Source: Desulfonatronovibrionaceae bacterium (GTDB lineage Bacteria; Desulfobacterota; Desulfovibrionia; Desulfovibrionales; Desulfonatronovibrionaceae). From it: a stretch of 38,505 nucleotides of DNA. The translations under genes and the position numbers were made by a program. Location of the stretch: NCBI GenBank assembly GCA_046539845.1, contig JBKHGE010000004.1, forward strand, positions 62,001 through 100,505, written 5' to 3'. Position 1 is the stretch's first letter, and each line of letters starts with the position of its first letter. A model generated the notes under the pieces. It was not told the origin of the DNA, did no database searches, and was given only the letters and a program-made list of their open reading frames with translations. This document shows, in pieces, positions 27,366 to 36,465 of the stretch.

Positions 27366-28535
27366 TCATTTGCAAACAATGCTTCCCACCGCGTCCAGGG
27401 CCCTGTCCAGGGTACTTTCCTGTACTGCATAGGAGATGCGTACGCAGGAGTCGTCCCCAAAGGCCTCGCCTGGGACCAGGGCCACACCGGTCTCCTCCAG
27501 GACGCGCTCACAGATGTGTACTGATCCGGGCCAATCAGGCAGGCAGCGGTCCAGGCGGGGAAAGAGGTAAAAGGCCCCTTCCGGTTTGTGGCATACCGCT
27601 TCTGGCCAGCTGGCGATCTTTTCCAGGGCCTTATCCCGACGTCTGCCCAGACTGACCCGCATGCGGTCCACAAATTCCTCCCCGCCTTCCAATGCGGCCT
27701 GAATCCCTTTCTGGACCGGAGCGCACACATTGGAAGTACTCTGCCCCTGCAATTTGGCCATCGCCTGGATCACCTCCTGGGGGGCCAACACAAATCCGGC
27801 TCTGAGCCCGGTGGTGGAAAAACTCTTGGACAGGCCGTTGACCACGGCCAGCCCGCATTCGGCTTTAGGCCATACCCGGCTTAGGGAGACCGGCTCAGCC
27901 GGTGGATAGACCAAGCGGTCGTATATCTCGTCGCTTATCACAAATATTTCTCTGGACGCCGCCCAGGCAAAGATCTCCTCCAGTTTTTCCTGGGAGTGAA
28001 CCCGGCCTGTGGGATTGGACGGGCTGTTTAGAATAAGGACTTTTGTCCTGGCCGTGAGCTTGTCTTTAAGCCCGGATACTGTGAGTTCAAATCCCCGATC
28101 CGGGCTGCACGGGACTACAACCGGTTTTCCCCCGGCCAAAACAGTCATGTCCGGGTAGCTGACCCAATACGGGGCCGGGATAAGGACCTCGTCTCCGGGG
28201 TCGATCAGGGTCTGCAGAAGATTGTACAGGCACTGCTTGCCTCCGTTGGAGACCATGACCTGTTCCGGTACCGCCTGGGCCCCGTAGTGGCGGTTGAAAT
28301 AACCGGCTACAGCAGCGCGGACTTCCGGCAGCCCCTGAACCGCAGTATACCGCGTATAGCCGGAGTCCAAAGCCTCTTTAATAGCCCTTTTCACGTATTC
28401 CGGGGTATCAAAATCCGGCTCGCCCACGGCCAGGCTGATCACCTCCCTGCCTTTGGCGCGCATATCCTGGGCCTTGGCATTCACCGCGAGCGTTGCCGAG
28501 GGCTTAACCGCGGTTATCCTCTCTGCCAGCTTCAT
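27366..28535 (-). CDS. aspC: PLP-dependent aspartate aminotransferase (class I/II)
   Basis: SATLAV, GEPDF, GGKQ, PYWVSY, NSPSNPTG, SDEIY, GLSKSF..TGLRAG, VRISYA. Confidence 0.88.
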   Translation of the reverse strand: MKLAERITAVKPSATLAVNAKAQDMRAKGREVISLAVGEPDFDTPEYVKRAIKEALDSGYTRYTAVQGLPEVRAAVAGYFNRHYGAQAVPEQVMVSNGGKQCLYNLLQTLIDPGDEVLIPAPYWVSYPDMTVLAGGKPVVVPCSPDRGFELTVSGLKDKLTARTKVLILNSPSNPTGRVHSQEKLEEIFAWAASREIFVISDEIYDRLVYPPAEPVSLSRVWPKAECGLAVVNGLSKSFSTTGLRAGFVLAPQEVIQAMAKLQGQSTSNVCAPVQKGIQAALEGGEEFVDRMRVSLGRRRDKALEKIASWPEAVCHKPEGAFYLFPRLDRCLPDWPGSVHICERVLEETGVALVPGEAFGDDSCVRISYAVQESTLDRALDAVGSIVCK

Positions 28536-28840
28536 TGCCTTCCCTCCTGTATATGGCCCGTAGGCCCGGTTCGCATTCCGACCTTGTCGTTGCGGGTATT
28601 TTCTTCCGGGTTCTAGCGGGTGAAATCCGCTTTAAACGTGGTGGAACCCTAAAACTTTGATCTTCAATGCCGGGACGGGTCTGGCGTTGTCTAAAAGGCA
28701 TCAAAAGAAAAAGCACATCAAATTTCACTAAATCCAAAATTTACGTCTGGACCAAACCCAGGGCAGATATTAAACAAAGTTTCTCAAGAGGTAAAACACT
28801 TAATTTGGCCGAGAATTTCAGTCAAAAACCGGAGGAAACC

Positions 28841-29269
28841 TTGAAAATACTCAGAGCAACCGGAATGGAGCGCTGCATAGGCTGCTATTCCTGCTCTCTG
28901 GCCTGTGCGCGGCTGGTGCACCACACCGTTTCCTGGAAAAGGGCGGGTATACATATCCGCTCTTCCGGGGGGCTGAGCACCGGGTTTGAGGCCCGGGTAT
29001 GCCTGGCCTGCAATCCGGCTCCGTGCGCCCGGGCCTGTCCGGAGGAAGCCTTAAAACAGAAAAAAGGCGGCGGGGTGATGCTGCTTCCCAAAAAGTGCAC
29101 CGGATGCGGGGATTGCGCTGCAGCTTGTCCGGTGGAGGCCATATACATGGACCCTGAGCTTTCTCAACCCGTATTTTGCATCCATTGCGGCCGCTGCGTT
29201 GAGTTCTGCCCCCACAACTGTCTGGAAATGCTGGATACTGCGGACTTGGAGGAAGATGATGACAAATAA
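28841..29269 (+). CDS. 4Fe-4S polyferredoxin subunit (partner of AOR)
   Basis: TTG start after GGAGG (the ORF track over-extends to 28667); CIGCYSCSLAC, CLAC..PCARACP, CTGCGDCAAACP, CIHCGRCVEFCP. Confidence 0.92.
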   Translation: MKILRATGMERCIGCYSCSLACARLVHHTVSWKRAGIHIRSSGGLSTGFEARVCLACNPAPCARACPEEALKQKKGGGVMLLPKKCTGCGDCAAACPVEAIYMDPELSQPVFCIHCGRCVEFCPHNCLEMLDTADLEEDDDK

Positions 29270-31022
29270 CGGCTTTAATGTCCTGAAGGTGGACCTTGAT
29301 AGCGGGGCCTCGGAGAGGATGGAGTTTCCCGGCCGGGAGAAATGGTTGGGCGGGTCCGGTTTGGCCGCCGTGCTTTTCGAGGATTTGGCCAATTTTACAA
29401 AGGACCCCCTGGATCCGGTCCAGCCGCTTATATTTACAGTAGGACCGCTCACCGGCTGCTACCCCATGATGAGCAAAACAGTCTGCGGCTTTTTCTCTCC
29501 ATATCACGGCCAGTACGCGGAATCACACGCAGGCGGCCGCTCCGCTCTGGGTCTGCGTTTCGCAGGCATGGACGCCCTGGTCATCACCGGCCGGGCCGCC
29601 CGGCTCTCCACCCTGGCTGTGTCCTCTAGTACTGCCGAGGTAGTGGATACCCATTACCTGGCCGGGATGGACATCTTTTCCGCGGGCAAGCACCTGCGCA
29701 AGATAAAGCCGATCGCGCCCGGGCACCGCAGCATTTTGCGCATAGGACCGGCCGGAGAGAATCTGTGCTCCTTTGCCTGCATAAATGTGGACACCTATCG
29801 GCATTTCGGTCGCCTGGGCGCAGGTGCGGTCATGGGCGCCAAGGGGCTGAAGGCAATCGTGATCGCCGGGGACGGCCATCTGAACCTACCCGGGGAAAAG
29901 GAAGCCCGCAAGCAGTACAACCGGACCTACAACGAGATATACTCCGTTGTGTCCGGTACAGACGCGGTTACCAAGTACCACGACTTGGGCACGGCCCAGA
30001 ACCTGGTCCCCCTCAACGAACTGAGATCTTTGCCGTGGCGCAATATGCAGACCACCCGGGATCCGGCCGTTAAGCACATCTCCGGGGAGAAGATGGGAGA
30101 TGACCTCTTGCTCCGGCAAACGGCGTGCGCCGGATGCCCGGTGGGCTGCATTCATATCGGGCTTTTACGTCAGAGATTCGGTCCGGAACACGAATTCTTG
30201 TACCGCCAGGTGGCTTACGACTATGAGCCCATATTCGCGGTCGGTTCCATGCTGGGCATGGTCGATGCCGGGGATGTCTTGACGCTTATCGAGGACGTGG
30301 AGCGTATGGGCCTGGACGTGATCAGCACCGGAGTGGCCCTGGCCTGGGCCACCGAAGCCCTGGAAAAAGGTGTGTTGTCCCTGTCCGAGACCCTGGCCGA
30401 CCTATGCTTCGGTCGGCTGGCCCCATATCGGGAGGCCATAGAGAACCTAGCCCGGCAGACCAACCGTTTCTATTCACTATTGAGTCAGGGGACTCTAGTT
30501 GCGGCCCGGGAGTACGGAGGAAGCGAGTTTGCCTGCGTTTTGGGCCAGGAAATGGCCGGGTATGCCACCGGCGAGGCCTATTATGTAAGCCAGGCCCTGG
30601 GTTTCAGGCACTCGCACCTGGACAGCGGGGCATACGGGTTTGATCAGAAGGAAAAGGACAAGGATGTGGACAAAGCGGTGCAATACATGTCCGAACAGGA
30701 GAACTACCGCAATGTCTTGTGTTCCATGGCCGGCTGCCTTTTCGCCAGAAAGGCCTATCCCCTGTCCGCTGTCTCTGAGGCCTGCCGCAGTCTGGGGCTA
30801 GAAATAGGAGAAGAGGATCTAAACCGGTCCGGTGACCGAATCCGGGCCAAGCGCTGGCAGCTCAGATTTAAATCCGGATTCTCTCCACAGGACATAGAGA
30901 TACCGCGACGGTACCTGGAAGTGGAAAATTTCCGGGGCAAGACCGACCCGAAATACTTAGAGAGACTGAAGCAGGCCTGGGCCCGGGAAATTCACAGGCT
31001 TGCACACGACAACCTGGACTGA
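29259..31022 (+). CDS. aor: Aldehyde:ferredoxin oxidoreductase family (tungstopterin) enzyme
   Basis: LGGSGLA, GPLTG, ESHAGG, IGPAGEN, GRLGAGAVMGAKGLKAI, CAGCPVGC, DYEP, GLDVIS, GCLF. ATG at 29259 (or 29256) after GGAGG, overlapping the ferredoxin gene. Confidence 0.88.
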   Translation: MTNNGFNVLKVDLDSGASERMEFPGREKWLGGSGLAAVLFEDLANFTKDPLDPVQPLIFTVGPLTGCYPMMSKTVCGFFSPYHGQYAESHAGGRSALGLRFAGMDALVITGRAARLSTLAVSSSTAEVVDTHYLAGMDIFSAGKHLRKIKPIAPGHRSILRIGPAGENLCSFACINVDTYRHFGRLGAGAVMGAKGLKAIVIAGDGHLNLPGEKEARKQYNRTYNEIYSVVSGTDAVTKYHDLGTAQNLVPLNELRSLPWRNMQTTRDPAVKHISGEKMGDDLLLRQTACAGCPVGCIHIGLLRQRFGPEHEFLYRQVAYDYEPIFAVGSMLGMVDAGDVLTLIEDVERMGLDVISTGVALAWATEALEKGVLSLSETLADLCFGRLAPYREAIENLARQTNRFYSLLSQGTLVAAREYGGSEFACVLGQEMAGYATGEAYYVSQALGFRHSHLDSGAYGFDQKEKDKDVDKAVQYMSEQENYRNVLCSMAGCLFARKAYPLSAVSEACRSLGLEIGEEDLNRSGDRIRAKRWQLRFKSGFSPQDIEIPRRYLEVENFRGKTDPKYLERLKQAWAREIHRLAHDNLD

Positions 31023-31066
31023 AGCGGCTCCAGCCGAACCAGGCTCCGCTGGAAAGGAGAAAACTA

Positions 31067-31378
31067 CTATCTCTCCAGTATGTCCCGCATCGCCTGCAGC
31101 TTGTGCTTTACCTCTCGAAAGAGCCCGGCCCATTTGTTCTCCTCACTCAATCGGATGCGGGCCCCCTCAATGGTCACCCGTTCCTCGTGCAAAAGCCTTT
31201 TTATTCTCTTTAAGAGCTCCAGGTGCCATTCCGCATACAAACGCTGCCCCTTGGCGGTACGCTCCGGCACAAGCTCCGGGAACTCGGTCTCCCAAAAACG
31301 CAGGACATACGGCTCCACACCCACTATCCGGGCCGCATCGCCGATTCTGTAGCGCTTTTCCTCCCGGGCCTTTTCCAT
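31067..31378 (-). CDS. MerR-family (MlrA-like) HTH transcriptional regulator
   Basis: YRIGDAARIVGVEPYVLRFWETEFP...GQRLY...TIEGAR; typical gene downstream of pheT. Confidence 0.92.
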   Translation of the reverse strand: MEKAREEKRYRIGDAARIVGVEPYVLRFWETEFPELVPERTAKGQRLYAEWHLELLKRIKRLLHEERVTIEGARIRLSEENKWAGLFREVKHKLQAMRDILER

Positions 31379-31450
31379 CGCAGGACCTCGCCTCTGGAAT
31401 TAGGAAAATTATGGACAAAAGATCCCTGTCCGCCGGTCCAAAGGACGGCT

Positions 31451-33850
31451 TCAGGGGAAACGGACATCCAGAGTCTGCAGGAGGTGCTCCCCGATACTGC
31501 TGTGCACCCGATCCACTTCTTTATCCTTCAAAGTCTTTTCCGGATCACGGTAAGTAAAGCGCAGAGTGAGATTCTTCCCCCCCGCGCCCTCGGGCTGATA
31601 TACATCAATCAGATGCACACTCTCCAGCACCCTCAAGTCCATGTCCAGCACCGTCTCGCGGATCCGGCCGTAGGGCATGTCCACAGGCGCAACCACTGTC
31701 ATGTCCCTTTTTGCGAACGGGTACCTGGGCAGCTCGGTGAACTTGATGCGGTGATTTAAATAATGCCCTTGCAACCGGTCCAGATCCACCCCGGCATACC
31801 AGACCGGTCCTCTGGCCTTATATTCCCGGGCTTGCTCCGGCCTCACCTGGCCCATCACCCCCAGGTTCTCGCCCTGGATCCGTATCGAAACGCATGGACT
31901 CAGGCAGGGATGACCACCTTCGGACCGAAACCTGGGCCCGGGGAGGTGGAAACTGTGCACCAGGTGTTCGACCAGTCCCTTGATATCGGAATAGTCCGTC
32001 GTTTCCTGGGCATAGGGCCACTGCCGGGGATGACGCTCTCCATAAAGCATAAGGGCCAGACGGTTGTGTTCCCTGGTGTTCGTGTCCGACTCCGGATCCT
32101 GAAAAAAGGTGTGCGCTACCTCGAACATACGCAGGCGGCCGGCCCCCTGACCCACATTCACTCGCAGGGTGCGCAGCATCCCGGGCAGGAGATTGGTCCG
32201 CAAAACATCCTGTTCCTCGCTCAGGGGATTGAAGATACACACCCGCCCTTGCTGCGGATAACACAGACAATCCAGATCATTTTTGCCCACAAAGCTGTAG
32301 TTCACCGCCTCGCTCAGACCGACGCCGCGGGCCCAATCCCGGACCAGCTGCTCCAGTTCATAGGTACGATCGTTTAATTGGGAATCCAGCCTCTGACTGA
32401 CCCGGGGCAGGTGTACCGGAACCCTATCCAGGCCGTATACCCGACCCACTTCTTCTGTGAGATCCACTTCCCGCTCCAGATCCAACCGGAAGCTGGGCGG
32501 AGTGACTTCCCATTGGCCACCTTCAGCCTCGTTTATGCCGCAGCCCAGGGCACCCAGAGTTTCGCGGCAGAAATCTGCATCCACGTCCAGGGCCAGAAGC
32601 TCCTTGGCCCGCTCCGGCCGGAAAGCGATTCTGCGGTAAGAAAAAGGACGGGGTTCGGACTTGATTATATTTGCGGCCACCTTTCCCCCGGACAGCTCCG
32701 CAGTCATTGCCGCGGCCCGGTTCACGGCCAGGTCGGAACCGGCCTGATCCACGCCGCGTTCAAAGCGGAACGAGGCCTCGCTGGAAATGCCCAGTCTGCG
32801 GGCGGTCTTGCGCACAGTGGGCGGATTGAAGACCGCGCATTCCAAAAGTACATTCCTGCTCTTCTCGCTTATCTCTGAATTCGCACCGCCCATTATTCCG
32901 GCCAGGGCCACCGGGCCGGAACCGTCGCAGACCAAAAGATCCGAATCCTCAAGAGTGCGCTCCATCCCGTCCAGGGTGGTGAATTTCTGCCCCTCGGCAG
33001 CGGTTTTAATCCGGATGGCGTCTTTGCGCAGGAGATCACGGTCAAAGGCGTGTAAGGGATGGCCGAGCTCCATGAGCACATAATTGGTTACATCCACCAG
33101 ATTGTTCACCGGCCGAATACCCACGGCCATGAGCCTATACCTTAGCCAGGCCGGGCTTTTGCCCACCCGGCATCCGGTTATGAGCCTGGCCTGATACAAG
33201 GGGCACAATTCCGGATTGTCTATTGATATGTCTATATCCTCCCGGGCGTCCAGCTCTGGATCCTCGTGCACGTCAGCGGCCGGGATATTTAGGGGCAGTT
33301 TGTATGCAGCGGCCACTTCCCGGGCCAGGCCGAGCATGCTCAGACAGTCAGCCCGGTTGGGGGTAATACTGACGTCAAAAACGGTCCGCTCCAGTCCCAG
33401 ACAGTCCGGGAGCGGCTTTCCCGGGAGCGCATCGTCCGCAAGGACCATGATTCCGGAAGAATCCTGGCCCAGCTCCATCTCGGTCTCGGAGCAGATCATA
33501 CCCACCGACCTCTGGCCGCGCAGCTTGGCCTTCTTGATCTTCATCCCGCCGGGCAGGACCGTGCCCACCGGAGCCACAGCCACTTTCTGCCCGCTTTGTA
33601 CATTGGGGGCGCCGCAGACAATGGGCAAAAGATCGCCCTGGCCGATATCCACCCGACATACGGAGAGGTTATCCGCATTCGGGTGTTTTTCGCATTCCGC
33701 CACATATCCGGCCACTAAATTGCGGACATGGGCAAAAGGGTCTATGATCTCCTCGACTTCCAGGCCGAGCATGGTGAGCCTTTCGGCCAGGGCCTCCGCC
33801 TCACCCTCGTAGGGGGTAAGCTCCCGTAGCCAGTCTAAGCTGAGCAGCAT
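31451..33850 (-). CDS. pheT: Phenylalanyl-tRNA synthetase beta subunit
   Basis: HPNADNL, VCGAPN, TPNRADCLS, VDVTNY, ASFRFERG, NPLSEE, ferredoxin-fold anticodon domain (KRDMT). Confidence 0.98.
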   Translation of the reverse strand: MLLSLDWLRELTPYEGEAEALAERLTMLGLEVEEIIDPFAHVRNLVAGYVAECEKHPNADNLSVCRVDIGQGDLLPIVCGAPNVQSGQKVAVAPVGTVLPGGMKIKKAKLRGQRSVGMICSETEMELGQDSSGIMVLADDALPGKPLPDCLGLERTVFDVSITPNRADCLSMLGLAREVAAAYKLPLNIPAADVHEDPELDAREDIDISIDNPELCPLYQARLITGCRVGKSPAWLRYRLMAVGIRPVNNLVDVTNYVLMELGHPLHAFDRDLLRKDAIRIKTAAEGQKFTTLDGMERTLEDSDLLVCDGSGPVALAGIMGGANSEISEKSRNVLLECAVFNPPTVRKTARRLGISSEASFRFERGVDQAGSDLAVNRAAAMTAELSGGKVAANIIKSEPRPFSYRRIAFRPERAKELLALDVDADFCRETLGALGCGINEAEGGQWEVTPPSFRLDLEREVDLTEEVGRVYGLDRVPVHLPRVSQRLDSQLNDRTYELEQLVRDWARGVGLSEAVNYSFVGKNDLDCLCYPQQGRVCIFNPLSEEQDVLRTNLLPGMLRTLRVNVGQGAGRLRMFEVAHTFFQDPESDTNTREHNRLALMLYGERHPRQWPYAQETTDYSDIKGLVEHLVHSFHLPGPRFRSEGGHPCLSPCVSIRIQGENLGVMGQVRPEQAREYKARGPVWYAGVDLDRLQGHYLNHRIKFTELPRYPFAKRDMTVVAPVDMPYGRIRETVLDMDLRVLESVHLIDVYQPEGAGGKNLTLRFTYRDPEKTLKDKEVDRVHSSIGEHLLQTLDVRFP

Positions 33851-34032
33851 GGACCTTATACCTCGCGGTTATTGGACATTAAACATTTCTCTGGCGGAAA
33901 CAGGCGACCAGGCTTTTAACTGCCGCTTCAGGCGCTGTCCCGGACATTCCGGGGCGGCTCTCGGGCTGATGGTCCGGGTCGGCTTGTCCGTGCTAAACAA
34001 CACCCCGGATTATAATAAAACGAGCTGAGGAA

Positions 34033-35085
34033 TTATCCGAACTGACTCAAAAAGCGGATATCGTTTTCAAAAAACATGCGCAAATCTCCGATGCCGTACT
34101 TGAGCATGGCCACTCTCTCCACACCCAAACCGAAAGCGAAGCCGCTGTATCTCTCCGCGTCATAGCCCACCTTGGCAAAGACCTCCGGGTCGATCATCCC
34201 GCAGCCCAGGATCTCCACCCAGCCGGTTTCCTTGCACACTCGGCAGGGGTCGCCTTGCGCATCCCGGCCGGTCCCCCCGCACATAACACAGCTCATATCC
34301 ACTTCCGCGCTGGGCTCGGTGAACGGAAAAAAACTGGGCCGGAAACGGACCTTGGTCTCTGGGCCGAAGACGCGATGCAGAAAGGCGGTCAAGGTACCGC
34401 GTAAATCAGCCATGGTCACGTGCTCGTCGACCAAAAACCCCTCTATTTGATTGAACATCGGGGTGTGGGTCAAATCCGAGTCCCTGCGGTATACCTTGCC
34501 CGGGGCCACCGCTGCCACCGGGGGGTCGGCCCGGAGCATCGTCCGGACCTGTAAAGGGGAAGTATGAGTGCGCAACAGGACGTTCTCGTCAATATACAGG
34601 GTGTCCTGCATGTCCCGGGCCGGATGCTCCGGCGGGAGGTTCAAAGCCTCGAAGTTGTAGAAATCATTTTCCACCTCCGGACCGGCCACCACTTCATAAC
34701 CCATCCCGACAAAAACCGCGCATATCTCGCGGATGACGTGGGTTATGGGGTGCAGACCGCCCACATCAGGCTTCCTTCCGGGCAGGGTGGCGTCAAATGC
34801 CCGGCTGGCCTGCATGTTCTCCGCCTCCTTGAGCTCCGCCTTCCTCTTTTCCCAGATGGAGTTCAAGACGTTTTTGACTTCATTGGCCTTTTTACCGGCC
34901 TGGGGGCGGTCCTCTTGGGAAAGTGCGGTCAGTTCGGACATGATCGCGGCCAACCGGCCCTTGCGACCCAGAAACTTGATGCGCAGGTCTTCCAGCTCCT
35001 GGAAAGAAGAAGCCTGATCCAGTAGATCTTGCATCTCCTGGACCAGGCCTTCTAGCTTGTGCACAAGCTCTGATACTGGGCTCAT
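34033..35085 (-). CDS. pheS: Phenylalanyl-tRNA synthetase alpha subunit
   Basis: [42 protein letters not shown] overlap with rplT. Confidence 0.99.
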   Translation of the reverse strand: MSPVSELVHKLEGLVQEMQDLLDQASSFQELEDLRIKFLGRKGRLAAIMSELTALSQEDRPQAGKKANEVKNVLNSIWEKRKAELKEAENMQASRAFDATLPGRKPDVGGLHPITHVIREICAVFVGMGYEVVAGPEVENDFYNFEALNLPPEHPARDMQDTLYIDENVLLRTHTSPLQVRTMLRADPPVAAVAPGKVYRRDSDLTHTPMFNQIEGFLVDEHVTMADLRGTLTAFLHRVFGPETKVRFRPSFFPFTEPSAEVDMSCVMCGGTGRDAQGDPCRVCKETGWVEILGCGMIDPEVFAKVGYDAERYSGFAFGLGVERVAMLKYGIGDLRMFFENDIRFLSQFG

Positions 35086-35438
35086 TAATTCATCCCGGAT
35101 TTGGCCACTTCAGCCAGCTTCGCGAACGCCGGCTTTTCGTTGACTGCCAGGTCCGCGAGGGCTTTACGGTTGATTTCCACGCCCGCCCTGGACAGACCGT
35201 TCATCATCCGGCTGTAGGACAGACCATTCTCCTTGGCCGCGGCATTGATACGCACTATCCAGAGTTTCCTGAACTCGCGTTTCTTACGCCGCCGGTCGTG
35301 ATACGCGTATTTGAGGCCGCGCTCAGCGGCCTCGCGGGCGGAACGATACAGTTTGCTCCTGCCCCCGCGGTATCCCTTGGCCATCTTCAAATATTTCTTG
35401 TGTCTCTTATGGGCTGTTTTCCCACGCTTGACGCGCAT
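35085..35438 (-). CDS. rplT: 50S ribosomal protein L20
   Basis: [37 protein letters not shown]. Confidence 0.99.
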   Translation of the reverse strand: MRVKRGKTAHKRHKKYLKMAKGYRGGRSKLYRSAREAAERGLKYAYHDRRRKKREFRKLWIVRINAAAKENGLSYSRMMNGLSRAGVEINRKALADLAVNEKPAFAKLAEVAKSGMN

Positions 35439-35461
35439 TTTCCGTCCTCCTTAAAACTATC

Positions 35462-35662
35462 CTAGAATGAGTTGGGCATGAGCTTTTTGACCGACTTCAT
35501 GTTCGCGGAATCCACTAGTGTCGGCTGGCCCAGCCTTCTTTTGCGCTTGGCATTCTTTTTGGTCAGAATATGGCGCAGGTTCTGTCTCCGTCTTTTCACC
35601 TTGCCCGACCCGGTCAAAGAGAAACGCTTGGCCGCGCTACGGTTGGTCTTGATCTTGGGCAT
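35462..35662 (-). CDS. rpmI: 50S ribosomal protein L35
   Basis: MPKIKTNRSAAKRF..TGSGK...HILTKK..KRKRRL. Confidence 0.99.
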   Translation of the reverse strand: MPKIKTNRSAAKRFSLTGSGKVKRRRQNLRHILTKKNAKRKRRLGQPTLVDSANMKSVKKLMPNSF

Positions 35663-35937
35663 TTAAACCTCCTGAATATAATTATCCGGCGCTTTTTATG
35701 CGGATATTTTTAGAGCAGCAATACTTATCCGGCTATAGAGAAACACCTAAAGGCACAGCCCGCTGAAACACACCCGGGCAGGGAATAAGAAAAACTCCCG
35801 GCCAACATACAACCATCCGCGTGAACAGTTCGGACATTTTACCCCTTGGCCGGCATTTAGAGATCTGCAACTGGCTGCTGAGACCCGGCCTGAGAAACCA
35901 GCCTGCTGAAACAGATCCCGGCGTCCGGAATTGCTTA

Positions 35938-36465
35938 TCAGCCTTTTTTGGCTGTAAGCGGGGCCAGGACTAAATTCATGGTCCGGCCCTCGAATCGAGG
36001 CTCCTGCTCCACGCGGGCCTCGTCGGACATGATCTCCACAATGCGCTGCAAAAGCTCAGCGCCGCGGTCCTTGTGGGCCATCTCCCGGCCGCGGAAAAAG
36101 ACAGTCACCTTGCAACGATCTCCGTTGGCGATAAAGCGGCGAATATGCCTGACCTTGGTCTGCAGGTCGTTGTCGTCGGTCTTGGGCCGGACCTTGATTT
36201 CCTTGACCTGAACCTTGGTCTGCTTTTTCTTGGCTTCCTGCTTCTTTTTCTGTTCCTGGTAGAGGTATTTGCCGTAATCCATCACCTTGCAAACAGGGGG
36301 ATTAGCGTTTGGTGCGACCTCTACCAGATCCATCCCCTGGTTTTGGGCATTTTCCAAGGCTTCGCTAAGTCCCATAACGCCCACCTGTTCACCCTCAGGG
36401 CCGATAACTCGCACTTCCCTGGCCCTTATCTCTTTATTCTTGCGGGTCTTAGTAGACGTACCTAT
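35938..36465 (-). CDS. infC: Translation initiation factor IF-3 (non-canonical ATA start)
   Basis: [32 protein letters not shown]. The reading frame extends 5' of the ORF-track GTG through [12 protein letters not shown] to ATA at 36465, 8 nt after GGAGG, with an in-frame TGA just upstream. Confidence 0.96.
   Translation of the reverse strand: MGTSTKTRKNKEIRAREVRVIGPEGEQVGVMGLSEALENAQNQGMDLVEVAPNANPPVCKVMDYGKYLYQEQKKKQEAKKKQTKVQVKEIKVRPKTDDNDLQTKVRHIRRFIANGDRCKVTVFFRGREMAHKDRGAELLQRIVEIMSDEARVEQEPRFEGRTMNLVLAPLTAKKG

Noticed and set aside
28740..28840. CCAGGGC upstream of the ferredoxin-aor operon as a Moco/Tuco RNA
   Set aside because: Lacks the paired GCCTCCC segment and closing P1 of the Moco motif.
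28667..28840. N-terminal extension of the ferredoxin in the ORF track
   Set aside because: AT-rich, promoter-like sequence; a strong GGAGG precedes TTG at 28841.
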